DNA of 64,000 nt, from positions 52,175-116,174 of the forward strand of contig NZ_JBKBQV010000001.1 of NCBI RefSeq assembly GCF_046292425.1, read 5' to 3'. Below the pieces are notes generated by a model, which worked only from the letters and a program-made list of their open reading frames with translations, did no database searches and was not told the origin of the DNA. This document shows positions 18,618-27,196 of the stretch, piece after piece. A program made the translations under genes and the position numbers. Numbering within the stretch: position 1 is the first letter of the stretch; each line of letters begins with the position of its first letter. This DNA comes from Sphingorhabdus sp. GTDB taxonomy: Bacteria; Pseudomonadota; Alphaproteobacteria; Sphingomonadales; Sphingomonadaceae.

Positions 18618-19784
18618 TTGCGCATATTGACCCTTTCTACGTTGTTCCCGACGGTGCATCGACCCAATTTCGGGGTTTTCGTGGAATGTCAGACCCGCGC
18701 ATTGGCCGAAGTTCGAGATTTCGCCGTGACGGTGGTCAACCCAATCGGCACCGCGCCATGGCCGCTAAGTTTGTGGGCAGGACAATCAGACCTAAGGTCC
18801 CTTCGCGACGAAAGCTGGTGTGGGCTAGAGGTTTTCCGCCCGCCATTTACCGCTATTCCGGTGTTGGGTGGTGCACGCAATCCCGCCGCAATTTTCCGTG
18901 CGACTTTGCCGTTGGTGGAACAGCTTCACCGTGAAACACCCTTTGACCTTATCGACGCCGAGTTTTTCTTCCCGGACGGGCCAGCGGCAATGAGGCTGTC
19001 ACATGCATTGGACATTCCCTTTACAATTAAGGCGCGAGGTGCCGATATCCATCATTGGGGGCAACAACGTGCCTGCGCCAGCCAAATCCTTATGGCAGCT
19101 GACAAAGCAGCCGGGCTATTGGCAGTGTCCGAAGCGCTGAAGACCGATATGATCGCGATGGGGATCGATGCTGCCAAAATTCAGGTGCATTATACCGGGC
19201 TAGACCAAAATCGTTTTGTACCTGCTGACCGTGCCGCAGCAAAGGCGCGCCTGGGACTGGTGGGCCCAGTCCTGTTATCCGTTGGCGCGCTCATCCCCCG
19301 GAAGGGGCAGACTATGCTGCTACAGGCCCTGCTAGCCATTCCGGACGCAACACTCTTGCTGGTGGGGGTCGGGCCAGATGAAGCAACTTTGCGCGCCCAA
19401 GCGACTGCGCTGGGCGTCGGTGACCGAGTTAAGTTTCTTGGTGCCATTCCACATGATGATTTGCCAAACCTTTACCAAGCAGCTGATATCATGGCACTTG
19501 CATCATCAAGCGAAGGCCTTGCGAATGCCTGGGTAGAAGCGCTGGCCTGTGGAACGCCTGTCATTGCCAGCGATGTCGGTGGAATTAGGGAGCTACTGAA
19601 AAACGACACGGCGGGCCGTATTGTCGCACGCACGCCAAAAGCGATAGCCGAGGCAGCGCGCGACATTTTGGCCAACCCGCCTACCCAAGCAGATGTGGCG
19701 GAAAATGTGCAGACATTATCCTGGGGCGAAAATGCAGGGCAACTTGCCGAATTTTTTCGGTCGGTGGCAGGGCGTCAAGGCTGA
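18618..19784 (+). CDS. Glycosyltransferase family 4 (GT-B, group 1)
   Basis: The track ORF begins far upstream, inside the regulator gene. A TTG at 18618, preceded by GGGGGAAG, gives (M)RILTLSTLFPTVHRPNFGVFVE, a typical GT4 N-terminus. The C-terminal EGLANAWVEALACGTPVIASDVGG matches the GT1/GT4 E-x7-E region. Confidence 0.8.
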   Translation: MRILTLSTLFPTVHRPNFGVFVECQTRALAEVRDFAVTVVNPIGTAPWPLSLWAGQSDLRSLRDESWCGLEVFRPPFTAIPVLGGARNPAAIFRATLPLVEQLHRETPFDLIDAEFFFPDGPAAMRLSHALDIPFTIKARGADIHHWGQQRACASQILMAADKAAGLLAVSEALKTDMIAMGIDAAKIQVHYTGLDQNRFVPADRAAAKARLGLVGPVLLSVGALIPRKGQTMLLQALLAIPDATLLLVGVGPDEATLRAQATALGVGDRVKFLGAIPHDDLPNLYQAADIMALASSSEGLANAWVEALACGTPVIASDVGGIRELLKNDTAGRIVARTPKAIAEAARDILANPPTQADVAENVQTLSWGENAGQLAEFFRSVAGRQG

Positions 19785-20761
19785 GCGCCAAAACCTTCGC
19801 TAATCCGCTCAGCTTTTGAACCGACTTCGTCAGTCGGCACGAAACTATGTGAGCCAACCTTGAGCCAGATAAGGATTGGAGCAGCCTGATAGATCGACGA
19901 GTAGGTTCCAACCACAATACCGAAGGCCATAGCCGCACTGAAGCCAAAGATGACATCAGGACCGAAGAGCACCAAGACGATCAATGGCAATGAAATCGAT
20001 ACGCTGGTCATCACCGTACGGGACAAAGTCTCGTTAACGGAAAGGTTCAGAAGCGACGCCATTTCCATTTTGCGAAACTTCATCAGGTTTTCGCGAATAC
20101 GGTCATAGATCACGACAGTGTCGTTTAGCGAATAGCCAATGATGGTCAGCAGCGCAGCGATGATATTCAGGTCGAACTCCCATCCTGTCAGCGAAAACAG
20201 CCCAAAAGTGAGGGTCACATCGTGGACCAGCGACCAGATTGCGCCGACGCCAAACTGCCATTCGAACCGGAACCAGATATAGATTGAAACACCAGCCATC
20301 GCGGCGAGCAATGCAAGTATACCCTTGCCGAATAACTCCTCAGATACTTTGCCGGATACCGAATCCACCCCGTCGATCCGCACATCAGGGTGACCGGCTT
20401 TAAGTGTGTTCGTAATTTTCACTGCCATGGCGTTGGCCAATTCGGGGTTCTTATCCGCGCCCTCCGGCAGTTTCATGCGGATAGAAACCTGATTTTCAGC
20501 GCCAAATCGCTGGATCGTCGGGTCGCCATAACCAAGGCGCCCTACTGTTTCACGAAGCTCAGCAACCGGTGCCGTTGGGCTTTGCGTAAAGGTTGCCCGG
20601 ATCATTTGACCACCGATGAAATCCACACCGAAATTGAGTCCCTTGGTCGCAACCAACCCAACCGATGCAGCCATCAGAACAAGACTGATCGCAAAGGCCC
20701 ATACGCGCCATCTTAGAAAATCAACATTGGTATCATCACGAACGAGTTTGAGCAGTTTCAT
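19775..20761 (-). CDS. secF: Protein translocase subunit SecF
   Basis: 328 aa with canonical SecF motifs (GLNFGVDFIGG, NDTVVIYDRIREN). Confidence 0.95.
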   Translation of the reverse strand: MKLLKLVRDDTNVDFLRWRVWAFAISLVLMAASVGLVATKGLNFGVDFIGGQMIRATFTQSPTAPVAELRETVGRLGYGDPTIQRFGAENQVSIRMKLPEGADKNPELANAMAVKITNTLKAGHPDVRIDGVDSVSGKVSEELFGKGILALLAAMAGVSIYIWFRFEWQFGVGAIWSLVHDVTLTFGLFSLTGWEFDLNIIAALLTIIGYSLNDTVVIYDRIRENLMKFRKMEMASLLNLSVNETLSRTVMTSVSISLPLIVLVLFGPDVIFGFSAAMAFGIVVGTYSSIYQAAPILIWLKVGSHSFVPTDEVGSKAERISEGFGAQP

Positions 20762-20771
20762 AAATATATCC

Positions 20772-22370
20772 TCAAATCGTCAAATCGGTGGGACGGGCGC
20801 GTTTGACCCATTGTGATACCCACATGCGGGTAATGGTCACTGCAGTGAACACCGATGTAACGATACCGATCATCAGCACGACTGCGAAACCGCGTATCGG
20901 TCCCGACCCGAAGATGAAGAGCAGCACCGCCGCGATAACGTTGGTGCTGTTAGCGTCGAAAATCGCGCGACTAGCCTCTTTATATCCGAATTCGATAGCC
21001 TGAACCACCCGTCGGCCCCGTTTAAGTTCCTCACGGATGCGTTCGTTAATCAACACGTTCGCATCAACGGCCGCGCCGATGGTCAATACAAAGCCGGCAA
21101 TGCCCGGTAATGTCAGCGTTGCATTAGCAAACGACATTACGCCCAAGATCATCAACACGTTGATGACTAAGGCTATATTGGCATACATGCCAAACCGACC
21201 ATAGACGAGAAACATGAGGACTAGAATGGCCGTCGTGCCAATCACCGCTGCAAGCACGCCGCGGCGGATAGAATCGGCACCAAGGTCTGGCCCAACCGAG
21301 CGCTCCTCGACGATCGTGAGGTCAACTGGCAAGGCGCCAGATCGGAGCGAGATGGCCAGCGCATTGGCGCTTTCAGTTGTGAAGCTGCCGGAGATTTGCG
21401 ATATCCCCCCGAAGATGGGTTCGCGGATTTGTGGTGCGGATATAACCTGGCCATCCAGAATGATCGCAAACAGTTTGTTCACATTCTGCTGAGTCATCCG
21501 CGCGAATCTCTGGCCGCCTTCGGAGTCGAATTGGATTGTGACCGCAGGCTCGTTGGTTTGCTGGTCAAATGTTGGATCAGCCTTTACCAGCTTGTCACCA
21601 GAAATGCCGCCAAGACGACGCACAGCGATGTAGGGCAGGCCCGAGGGATTGTCAGGATATGGCAGCACTTGGCTGCCAACGCGTGCCTTGCCTTGTGCTG
21701 TCTGGTCAGGGTCGGCCTGTTCATCAACCAGTTTAAATTCAAGCTTGGCGGTTTTACCAATCAACGCCTTTAAGGCGGCTGGATCATCCAATCCAGGCAC
21801 CTGCACGACGATCCGGTTATCGCCTTGACGGATAATGGTCGGCTCCAGCGTGCCGAGCGCGTTAATACGTCGGTCGATGACGTCTTTGGCTGTGTCCATC
21901 GCCTGATCGATTGCGGTCTCATTCCCGGAACTTACGGGAGTCAGGATCATACGATTGCCGTTGTTGACACCGATATTCCAGTCACGGCCGCCAATCGTGT
22001 TGCTCGTCAGCGGGATTAACGCTTCACGTGCAGCGTCAACCTTGGATACGTCAGCCACGTTAAAGCTTAATTCGCCATTGCTGCGTGAGACATCAGAGAT
22101 GGCAATTTGCGGATCCGCCCGGCGCATGGCAGTCCGGACACTGTCTTCCAACGATTCCAGACGGGTTTCCGCCAACTGCGAGGTGTCTGCCTCAAGCAGA
22201 ATATGGCTACCGCCGGCGAGATCGAGACCAAGGTTTATCGTCGGCGTTGGCACAAACTGCGCAAGCTGAGCGCGGATGTGCGTCGGCAACAGGCTTGGAA
22301 TAGCAAAAGCCACACCCAGTATAATCAGGGTGTTGAGCATCCATACGCGCCAACGAGGGAAATCTAGCAT
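20772..22370 (-). CDS. secD: Protein translocase subunit SecD
   Basis: Track ORF (TTG 22400) trimmed to the ATG at 22370 (MLDFPRWRVWML). It has SecD motifs (LGLDLAGGSHILLEAD, VDANVLINERIREE). Confidence 0.95.
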   Translation of the reverse strand: MLDFPRWRVWMLNTLIILGVAFAIPSLLPTHIRAQLAQFVPTPTINLGLDLAGGSHILLEADTSQLAETRLESLEDSVRTAMRRADPQIAISDVSRSNGELSFNVADVSKVDAAREALIPLTSNTIGGRDWNIGVNNGNRMILTPVSSGNETAIDQAMDTAKDVIDRRINALGTLEPTIIRQGDNRIVVQVPGLDDPAALKALIGKTAKLEFKLVDEQADPDQTAQGKARVGSQVLPYPDNPSGLPYIAVRRLGGISGDKLVKADPTFDQQTNEPAVTIQFDSEGGQRFARMTQQNVNKLFAIILDGQVISAPQIREPIFGGISQISGSFTTESANALAISLRSGALPVDLTIVEERSVGPDLGADSIRRGVLAAVIGTTAILVLMFLVYGRFGMYANIALVINVLMILGVMSFANATLTLPGIAGFVLTIGAAVDANVLINERIREELKRGRRVVQAIEFGYKEASRAIFDANSTNVIAAVLLFIFGSGPIRGFAVVLMIGIVTSVFTAVTITRMWVSQWVKRARPTDLTI

Positions 22371-22438
22371 AGGCTGGGTCCGAACGAACTGAGGAAGCAA
22401 TATTTGGGGCCGACCGTTAAGTCATTCAACCCCGACGA

Positions 22439-22765
22439 TTAATCATTCGCGGCTTTGGTGTTGCGCGACTGGACATTGGCGATCGTGGATTTTACCGCCT
22501 TCACCCTCACATTCGGCGCAATTTCGACTTCGATATAATCATCGGCAACCTTGGTCACTTTGCCCATCAGGCCGCCAGCCGTCACTACTTCGTCATTTTT
22601 CTGCACTGCATCGATTTTTGCTGCATGCTCCTTCGCGCGCTTTTGCTGCGGACGGATGAGGAACAAGTAAAAAACCACAAAGATCAGCAGGAGCGGAAAG
22701 ATCTGCACAAAAAATGCCGAACCACCAGCACCACCTGCGGCAGCGCTCAAGATAACAAACTCCAT
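22439..22765 (-). CDS. yajC: Preprotein translocase subunit YajC
   Basis: Trimmed to MEFVILSAAAGG. The YajC core is FYLFLIRPQQKRAKEH...GGLMGKVTKV. It sits immediately upstream of secDF. Confidence 0.9.
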   Translation of the reverse strand: MEFVILSAAAGGAGGSAFFVQIFPLLLIFVVFYLFLIRPQQKRAKEHAAKIDAVQKNDEVVTAGGLMGKVTKVADDYIEVEIAPNVRVKAVKSTIANVQSRNTKAAND

Positions 22766-22879
22766 CGAAGACCTCACAATAATGAAAATTAGCGCCAACT
22801 GGCGTCACTGCCCGAAGACAATCGGGCGCGATTATCACCTGCACCCAGTTGACGCAACGTCAAAGCGTCGAGAGCGCGC

Positions 22880-22908
22880 TTGCTTTTCAAAAACCAGCGC
22901 CATATAGG
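22880..22908 (+). promoter_or_regulatory. Possible sigma-70-type promoter for tRNA-Pro
   Basis: TTGCTT (22880-22885), then a 17-nt spacer, then TATAGG (22903-22908), about 37 nt before the tRNA 5' end. Pattern match only. Confidence 0.3.
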
Positions 22909-22944
22909 CGCGCTTCCACTGGCCTCGGCGAGGTCATTGGCGGT

Positions 22945-23021
22945 CGGGACGTAGCGCAGCCTGGTAGCGCATCACACTGGGGGTGTGGGGGTCGCAGGTT
23001 CGAATCCTGTCGTCCCGACCA
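22945..23021 (+). tRNA. tRNA-Pro (anticodon GGG)
   Basis: I folded it by hand. Acceptor stem CGGGACG/CGTCCCG, D stem GCGC/GCGC, anticodon stem TCACA/TGTGG with loop CTGGGGG, T arm GCAGG-TTCGAAT-CCTGT, and an encoded CCA. Confidence 0.95.
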
Positions 23022-23089
23022 ATTTTTCAATCAAAATTTAACGTCAATTCGACGCGCAACCCAGATGGGATGCCGCGCTTCACATTTTA

Positions 23090-23132
23090 CTTTCCTACAA
23101 GAAACCTATTTGGTTAGTATTGTAGTCGAAAG
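23090..23132 (+). promoter_or_regulatory. Composite operator/promoter-like element upstream of the lysis cassette, sharing words with 17992-18032
   Basis: CTTTCCTACAA (23090-23100) is followed by g, then AAACCTATTTGGTTA (23102-23116), then gta, then TTGTAG-tc-GAAAG (23120-23132). This forms an imperfect palindrome CTTTCCTACAA...TTGTAGtcGAAAG, ending 15 nt before the ATG at 23147. Confidence 0.55.
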
Positions 23133-23146
23133 TGAGGTGTCACGCG

Positions 23147-23689
23147 ATGGATCATGTTGACCATTTGATTGAAGAGGTAATTGCACGTGAGGGCGGTTTC
23201 GTGGATCATCCCAACGACAAAGGTGGCCCCACCCGTTGGGGAATCACGCAGAAGGTTGCGCGGCGCCACGGCTATATGGGCGATATGGACGAACTGCCTC
23301 GCAGCATCGCCGCCGCCATCTACAAACGGTCCTATTGGCACGCGCCGGAATTTGACCAAGTCGAGCGCACCGCGCCAAAACTGGCTGCCGAGCTTTTCGA
23401 TACGGGGGTGAACATGGGCACTGACGCGGCGATCGCTTTTCTACAACGCGCACTGAACGCGCTGAACCGCAACGGCCGCGACTTCGACGACATTGCCGTC
23501 GACCGAAAGATTGGGCCAGCTACGTTGCGCGCTCTGGAGGCATTTGTCCGACGTCGAGGAAGTTTGGCAGAAGACGTGCTGATCAAAGCAATCGATGCGC
23601 TTCAGGGTGCACATTATGTTCGTCTTGCCGAATCACGGCCCACACAAGAAGCATTTTTGTACGGGTGGCTTACGAACCGTATAGGTTAG
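23147..23689 (+). CDS. Phage/GTA-type endolysin: GH108 N-acetylmuramidase with a PG_binding_3 domain
   Basis: Track ORF trimmed to the ATG at 23147 (GAGG upstream). The N-terminal EGGFVDHPNDKGGPTRWGIT is the GH108 signature with the catalytic Glu. The C-terminal VDRKIGPATLRAL is a PG_binding_3-type motif. Confidence 0.85.
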   Translation: MDHVDHLIEEVIAREGGFVDHPNDKGGPTRWGITQKVARRHGYMGDMDELPRSIAAAIYKRSYWHAPEFDQVERTAPKLAAELFDTGVNMGTDAAIAFLQRALNALNRNGRDFDDIAVDRKIGPATLRALEAFVRRRGSLAEDVLIKAIDALQGAHYVRLAESRPTQEAFLYGWLTNRIG

Positions 23690-23711
23690 TTTTTGAAGAG
23701 AAGGTGTCGCT

Positions 23712-24125
23712 ATGTCAATTATTGAAGGTATGTTAGGTCCAATTGCGGGCATAATCGACAAGATCATCCCTGATCCTAAAGCCCGCGACGCTGCGAAACT
23801 GCAGCTAATCAAGCTGCAAGGCAGTCAGGACATGGAAATTCTGCGTACGCAGTTATCCGCGATCCTTGCCGAAGCGCAATCTGCCGATCCATGGACCAGC
23901 CGCGCGCGTCCAAGTTTCTCATACGTTATGTACGCGATGCTGTTGTGGGCAATTCCAATGGGGTTGATTGCAGCACTGCGGCCAGAGGCCGCAGCGAATA
24001 TTGCGGCCGGCATGAATGCCTATCTTAACGGCCTGCCCGAGCCGTTATACGCGCTTTTTGGGACTGGATATGTTGGTTACACGGTGGCCCGCCAATGGGG
24101 TATCTCGCGCGGGATCGAAAAATAG
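23712..24125 (+). CDS. Three-TM holin (family named for gene-transfer-agent release)
   Basis: 137 aa, starting 22 nt after the endolysin stop with its own GAAGG SD. The N-terminal IDKIIPDPKARDAAKLQLIKLQ...ILAEAQSADPWTSRARP followed by hydrophobic segments matches my memory of the 3-TM holin family. HMM check needed. Confidence 0.75.
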   Translation: MSIIEGMLGPIAGIIDKIIPDPKARDAAKLQLIKLQGSQDMEILRTQLSAILAEAQSADPWTSRARPSFSYVMYAMLLWAIPMGLIAALRPEAAANIAAGMNAYLNGLPEPLYALFGTGYVGYTVARQWGISRGIEK

Positions 24126-24198
24126 TTGCGTAAAACCGCTTTTTTCCGTTACGCGTTCTTACCCAGCTAGGGTTTATATGGGACTCAGGAGAATCAAG

Positions 24199-24462
24199 AT
24201 GAAGAAATTAGTCGCAACCGTTGCTGCTCTCGCATTTGCTGCATCGCTTACCGCATGTGGCGAAGCAGGCGACAAGGCAGCCGAAGAAACCGCTGAAGCA
24301 GCCGATGCAACTGGCGAAGCTGTCGAAGCTGGTGCAGAGAATGCAATGACCGCCGCTGAAGGCACTGCCGACGCAACAGCAGAAGCTGCTGCAGACGCTA
24401 CTGCAGAAACCGGTGCTGCTGTTGAAGAAGTCGGTAAGGACATGCAGAACGCTGCCAGCTAA
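24199..24462 (+). CDS. Small acidic Ala/Glu/Thr-rich lipoprotein
   Basis: Track ORF 24016..24462 trimmed to the ATG at 24199 (AGGAGAA lies 7 nt upstream). It has the lipobox LTAC in MKKLVATVAALAFAASLTACGE, and the mature part is low complexity (AEETAEAADATGEAVEAGAEN...). Confidence 0.7.
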   Translation: MKKLVATVAALAFAASLTACGEAGDKAAEETAEAADATGEAVEAGAENAMTAAEGTADATAEAAADATAETGAAVEEVGKDMQNAAS

Positions 24463-24486
24463 TCTGTTTAACCATCAAATATTAGA

Positions 24487-24519
24487 GCCCGCCCTGCCCA
24501 GCGCAGCGGCGGGCTTTTT
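24487..24519 (+). terminator. Rho-independent terminator
   Basis: GCCCGCCCTGC - loop - GCAGCGGCGGGC followed by TTTTT, 25 nt after the lipoprotein stop. Confidence 0.7.
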
Positions 24520-24570
24520 CATGCTGGAGGCACACGCCGTCCGAAATTGCCGGGGGCGCGATACCAACTG

Positions 24571-25395
24571 CTAGCTTTGCGTACGAACGACGAGAGTATC
24601 GACAGGTAATATTTGCAGCAGCTCTTCTGCCATACTCCCGACGACCGACCGGACGAACCCGCTTCGGCCGTGCGTTCCAAGTACGACAAGGTCAACTCCG
24701 ATTTCACTGACTGCGCGGATAATAACTGACGGCGTTTCGCCATAACCAAGGTGCGCGGATATCCGTCCACTTATATCTTCTGAATTATCGAGCGATGCGA
24801 TAAAACTGTCGAGTTGCTGTTTTGCCCCGTCGGCCACCTCATCCTTAACTTGTTGGGAACTTAGCCAACCTTCATAGGGAACATGATAAGCATGAATCAC
24901 GTGGATTTCTGCGTTCGGGAATAAATTGACAGCGGCAGTTAATGCCGCACGCGAGCAATTCGAATAGTCTGTGGCGATCAGCACTTTGGCGTAAGGCTTA
25001 CGCGGGCGGTTCTTTACGATCAACACAGGTACCGTTGCATGCCGAACCACGTGGTCAACGGCGGTTCCAATAAAATAATCACCCACATTATTAAACCGCG
25101 CGACGCCGGTCACGATTAATGAACATGCAGCGGATGTGGCAGCATCCACAATGACTGAGGGCGCAGCGCCGACAGCAGGGAGAATACTCACATCGGCGTC
25201 AGGATCTCGCAGGGTCGCCCGAATGGAACGTTCAGCAGCTTCAAGTTTGCCTTCAAGATATGACCCTGCTTCCAATGCGTGAAGGACAATCAATTGAACG
25301 CCCCATTGCTCTGCTAGCATTAACGCCCGGTCCACTGCGCGATCTGACCGTGCGCTGAGGTCTGTAGCCACCAATACGGGTTGGCCGTTGGTCAT
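24571..25395 (-). CDS. Universal stress protein (tandem UspA domains)
   Basis: 274 aa with two Usp repeats (PVLVATDLS... and KVLIATDYS...) and the ATP-binding motif GTHGRSGFVRSVVGS. Confidence 0.9.
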   Translation of the reverse strand: MTNGQPVLVATDLSARSDRAVDRALMLAEQWGVQLIVLHALEAGSYLEGKLEAAERSIRATLRDPDADVSILPAVGAAPSVIVDAATSAACSLIVTGVARFNNVGDYFIGTAVDHVVRHATVPVLIVKNRPRKPYAKVLIATDYSNCSRAALTAAVNLFPNAEIHVIHAYHVPYEGWLSSQQVKDEVADGAKQQLDSFIASLDNSEDISGRISAHLGYGETPSVIIRAVSEIGVDLVVLGTHGRSGFVRSVVGSMAEELLQILPVDTLVVRTQS

Positions 25396-25468
25396 AATGG
25401 GCTCCTCCTAAATTTTGTGACGGACATCCACAGACTTTGTTGTAACCTATAAAAGATCATCAACAATA

Positions 25469-27196
25469 TCAACCAATCTCGGCCAAACGCTGTTCCGTAA
25501 TACGTCGCTCGACAATTTCGGTATTTACTCCAATATTTAACAGGACACGACCGGCTAACTGGAGACTCGCCTCAACTGTTTCGGGTGTACAGTAAGTTGC
25601 ACCTAGTTCTTTTAGGCGATGTGCGTGCTCGCTGTCCCTTGCTCGTGCATGGATAGGAATCGTCGGCCATCGACTGTGAATCTCGGAAACTATCCGACTT
25701 ACTGCTGCAGGATCATTCATAGTGACCGCCACGGCCGCAGCATGATCAATTCCGGCTTTTACAAGTATCTCGACCCTGGAAGCATCTCCGTAAAAGACTT
25801 GCCGGCCCATTTTCCGGAACGTTGTTATCAAAGCAGCATCTGCATCTAGTGCTACATAATCAACGCCTTCCGCGTCGAGTATGCGCGAAAGCATTTGGCC
25901 TACCCGGCCATAGCCTGCGATGACGATATGGTCCGAACTTTGATGAAAATGATCGTCGGTACGTGCAGAAGCGGCAGAAGCCTCATGCCCGGCAGCAATT
26001 CGCGACATAAGATGTGCGAACTGCGCAACGAGCGGAGTCAATAGCATGCTCAATCCCGCGACTATCAAGACAAACTGTTCCAGCTCGGCACCGATCAAGC
26101 CGGCGCTTACCGCAGCAGCCATGATAATGAACGCGAATTCACCACTTTGCCCAAGTAGTATACCGGTCTCGATTGCTACGCTCCGCGGTCTTCCAAAAAG
26201 CATGGCTAAACCTGAAATGATAATAGCCTTTAGAAGCCACAGCCCCACTACCGCTCCGGCTATCTGTAGGGGTTCGAGAAACACGTTCCGCCAATCAATT
26301 CCCATGCCCACAGACATGAAGAATAGACCAAGGAGCAGACCTTTAAACGGATCAATATCGACCTCTATCTGGTGTCGATATTCTGTCTCCGCAAGCAGTA
26401 GGCCAGCAAGCAGTGCGCCAAGCGCCATGGACAGCCCGAAATAGGCAGTTAGTGCGGATACGCCGATAGCGGCAAGTAACACTGCCGCCGTAAACATTTC
26501 GGGGATGCGTGCTTGCGCAACTTGCCGAAGAAGCGGACGCAACAACAACCTTCCAGCAAAATAAATCAGCGTGACCGCGAGAAATGCTTTGCCAAGTGCA
26601 ATAGACAAGCCTTCGGCGAGGCCCTGATCGCCAGGAGTGGCAAGCACCCCGACCATAAAAAGAATGGGTACCACCGCCAGATCCTGCATCAACAATATCG
26701 AGAAGCCAGTCTTGCCAACGGGTGTAGATAACCGGCGCCCATGCATAAGTATCTGCATGACGATCGCAGTTGAGGACAGAGACAGAGCAGCGCCCACAAT
26801 AAGCGCTCCAGTCAACGACAAGCCCAGTTCCAATGAGACAAAAGTAATAATGGCTGCCGAAATAACCACCTGCAACGACCCCATCCCGAAGACGAGAAAT
26901 CTGGAGGACCAAAGTCGGTCAAGTGAAAGCTCCAACCCTATCATGAACATCAGAAAAATAACGCCAACTTCCGCTAGCGCCCTGACGCCTTCCACTTCGG
27001 AAATGACAAATTGCGACAGAACAGGGTAATTCATTGCCAACAGCCCGACGCCAAATGGGCCGATTATCCCACCGATAAGCAAGTAACCTAATACAGGGCT
27101 GATTTTGAGTCTGCTAAGCAGCGGTACGGCTATACCAGCGGCTGCCAAGAATATGAGCAGCTCGCGCAGATAGGGTATGGCCGAGTGTGTTTCCAT
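25469..27196 (-). CDS. CPA2-family cation:proton antiporter with a TrkA-N/KTN domain (KefB/KefC-like), copy 1
   Basis: 575 aa with about 12 TM segments followed by a Rossmann motif (HIVIAGYGRVGQ). Its ATG shares one nucleotide with the stop of the upstream DUF2062 gene (TGATG). Confidence 0.9.
   Translation of the reverse strand: METHSAIPYLRELLIFLAAAGIAVPLLSRLKISPVLGYLLIGGIIGPFGVGLLAMNYPVLSQFVISEVEGVRALAEVGVIFLMFMIGLELSLDRLWSSRFLVFGMGSLQVVISAAIITFVSLELGLSLTGALIVGAALSLSSTAIVMQILMHGRRLSTPVGKTGFSILLMQDLAVVPILFMVGVLATPGDQGLAEGLSIALGKAFLAVTLIYFAGRLLLRPLLRQVAQARIPEMFTAAVLLAAIGVSALTAYFGLSMALGALLAGLLLAETEYRHQIEVDIDPFKGLLLGLFFMSVGMGIDWRNVFLEPLQIAGAVVGLWLLKAIIISGLAMLFGRPRSVAIETGILLGQSGEFAFIIMAAAVSAGLIGAELEQFVLIVAGLSMLLTPLVAQFAHLMSRIAAGHEASAASARTDDHFHQSSDHIVIAGYGRVGQMLSRILDAEGVDYVALDADAALITTFRKMGRQVFYGDASRVEILVKAGIDHAAAVAVTMNDPAAVSRIVSEIHSRWPTIPIHARARDSEHAHRLKELGATYCTPETVEASLQLAGRVLLNIGVNTEIVERRITEQRLAEIG

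Noticed and set aside
24199-24462. Whether the small lipoprotein right after the holin is a spanin (o-spanin or unimolecular spanin).
   Set aside because: It has a lipobox, but the mature part is acidic Ala/Glu/Thr low complexity. It lacks the Pro-rich character of o-spanins and the C-terminal TM of u-spanins, and there is no embedded or overlapping i-spanin. It has its own SD and a terminator and may be unrelated to lysis. I keep it only as a lipoprotein call.
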